NCBI GenBank assembly: GCA_001949185.1
Contig: BDGG01000005.1
Coordinates: forward strand, 124,001-188,000
From: Ramazzottius varieornatus
Lineage: Eukaryota > Animalia > Tardigrada
Reading direction: 5' to 3'
DNA length: 64,000 nt
The translations under genes were made by a program, and so were the position numbers. Positions within the stretch are counted from its first letter, which is position 1. Every line of letters starts with the position of its first letter. Under the pieces are notes generated by a model. That model was not told the DNA's origin, made no database searches, and saw nothing but the letters and a program-made list of their open reading frames with translations. Of the stretch, positions 62,351-64,000 are shown piece by piece.

Positions 62351-62709
62351 CACGGCTGCCAGCTAAATATGTGAAAGAATCATTCAGAAGACAGGGCGAT
62401 TTCGATGTGACAGTGTGACTCTCTTCCCCAGCTTCCGGTAGAATTGAAGAACAAGTTGAGAGTCCGGAATCGGCGGAATGTCCGGCCTGGTATGCAGTTG
62501 ACTCGCGAGTGAGCCGAGAACAAAGTGATGACGTAATGACGTAAGTTGACGTTACAACGGCTTGATTGTTCTGGCTTTTGATCCCAATTGACCTATTCCC
62601 AAATTCCCCGTTCCCACTCAGCTCTCCCGATGTTATCGAGTTCTCATATTCGTATGAACTTACCTTAAGCTGTACAGGTCTCAGCAGGGGAGACCTGCAT
62701 ATCGAAGAG
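62351..62709. promoter_or_regulatory. Putative bidirectional promoter DNAJC24/MRPL2
   Basis: Divergent ATGs ~360 bp apart; three tandem TGACGT sites at 62529-62554; ETS-type CTTCCGG near 62432. Confidence 0.55.
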
Positions 62710-64000
62710 ATGCTCAGCTCGGTGGCTCGCTCCTTGATGCGAGCCTCGCTGCTACGGAATGCAGACCTCATGTCGGCCACTTCCGGTCGGACCTTCACGG
62801 GTCTAGCAGCAAGACCAGCTAAAACCTTTGCTGACATTGGACCTGATCCCCAAGCGTCGGCTGACATTAGGAACTCTCCGTTCATGAAGGAAAAGATTAC
62901 ATGGCAGACATGTCGACGATTCCCCTACGATTCCACAGAGGTGCACCGTCTTAACCCTTTACTCCCAGAAACAGGACGGCCGGAACCTCGCGTGCCCCGT
63001 ATGGAAGATTTCCGTAGGAGCTTCGATCGTAAGGATATTGGGCGAAAGCCAAAGCCTTTGCTGTCCGTTCCTGCAGTCAAGTTCGCTGTCCGAGAATGGC
63101 CAAAAAAGTACACCACAGAGCCCTTAGCTACATGGAGAACGGGTGGCCGTCATCCCGTTACCGGTGAGCAAATAGATAAATGCTAAAAATTAACGTTAGC
63201 TTATCGAAATAAAGACTCGCTGAGCGAAAGCGTCAAGTGTGATTTGCGTAAAATGCGGTTTGCTCTTTGTAGGTCGAGTAATTTATCGTCGGATAGGAGG
63301 AGGTGTATACCGTGAATATTACATGGTGGATGGCCAAAGAGAATATATTCCGAAAGAGACCATCGAGGAAAAGGTTAGAAGGTTTTCTAACTTCCAAATA
63401 TTTACGAGACGTGTCTTTACTGAAAACACGACACTGAATAGCTTAGCCTGCTGGTGTCAGTCGTAGGATGTTACATCTGAGTATTCACCGTTATTTTGCT
63501 GCAGATTATAGAAATTCGCGACGATCCAATACGAACAGGGAAGATTGCTCGGATCGGATACAAGGACGGGCAGCGGTGGGTTATGGCCACTGAGAATATG
63601 CGGGTTGGTCAGATCGTCAAAAGCTCGCGCGCCATCGGGAGAATTGCAAGTGAGTGCCAAAAAGCGCGTGGCCTCTTTTGAGCTGTTAACACGACTTTGG
63701 TTTGTTTTGTAGTTCGTGCCTTTGAAGGTGACACTTACTGTGTGGGTGCTCTCCCAATGGGTACAGTGGTAAGTTCGGTGCAGGTGAGAACCACGGGTAA
63801 CGGGCTTTGTGCCGTGGCTGCTGGATGTTGCGCCCTGATTCTGAGGAAGGAGGCCGATGGTGTGGTTCTTCAGCTGCCCAGTAAGCAGACGGTCAAAGTG
63901 TCAGAAGACTGTCTAGCCACTGTTGGGCGTATTTCGAACGTCAACTGGAAAGATGTTGATCTGGGATCGGCCGGTGCATCCAGACGTGAAGGTATTCGAC
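62710..64000 (+). CDS. MRPL2: Mitochondrial ribosomal protein L2 (3' end runs off the window)
   Basis: Presequence MLSSVARSLMRASLLR; KYTTEPLATWRTGGRHPVTGRV..RRIGGG; DPIRTGKIA; ATENMRVG; ALPMGT; QLPSK; ATVGRISN. Confidence 0.92.

Overview
This is a eukaryotic, metazoan, gene-dense window with short GT-AG introns (mostly about 55-130 nt), so the ORF track fragments almost every gene. A compact ecdysozoan genome such as a tardigrade is plausible, but the sequence alone cannot prove it. I spliced 18 genes by hand: two tandem NompC/TRPN channels (minus strand, 29 ankyrin repeats each), CRTAP-like, TTLL1-like, ERMP1, AMDHD1, a MARVEL protein, HPD, an ABCA transporter, NDUFA10, USP30, an orphan secreted protein, ABRA/STARS, a pre-SET/SET/post-SET methyltransferase, DPM3 (missed by the ORF track), B9D1, DNAJC24/DPH4 and MRPL2 (truncated). 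Two observations stand out. (1) One TRPN paralog keeps the full ankyrin spring but has a rebuilt pore module: a ~190-aa His/Gly-rich extracellular turret with a furin-type site, a filter Gly->Met change and an S6 Asn->Lys change. (2) All 20 introns of about 180 nt or longer that I inspected contain an inverted-repeat (fold-back) element, one of them weak. Ten belong to one palindromic family found only in introns, with copy-specific co-varying arms. Exon boundaries and counts were read by eye and need RNA-seq confirmation.
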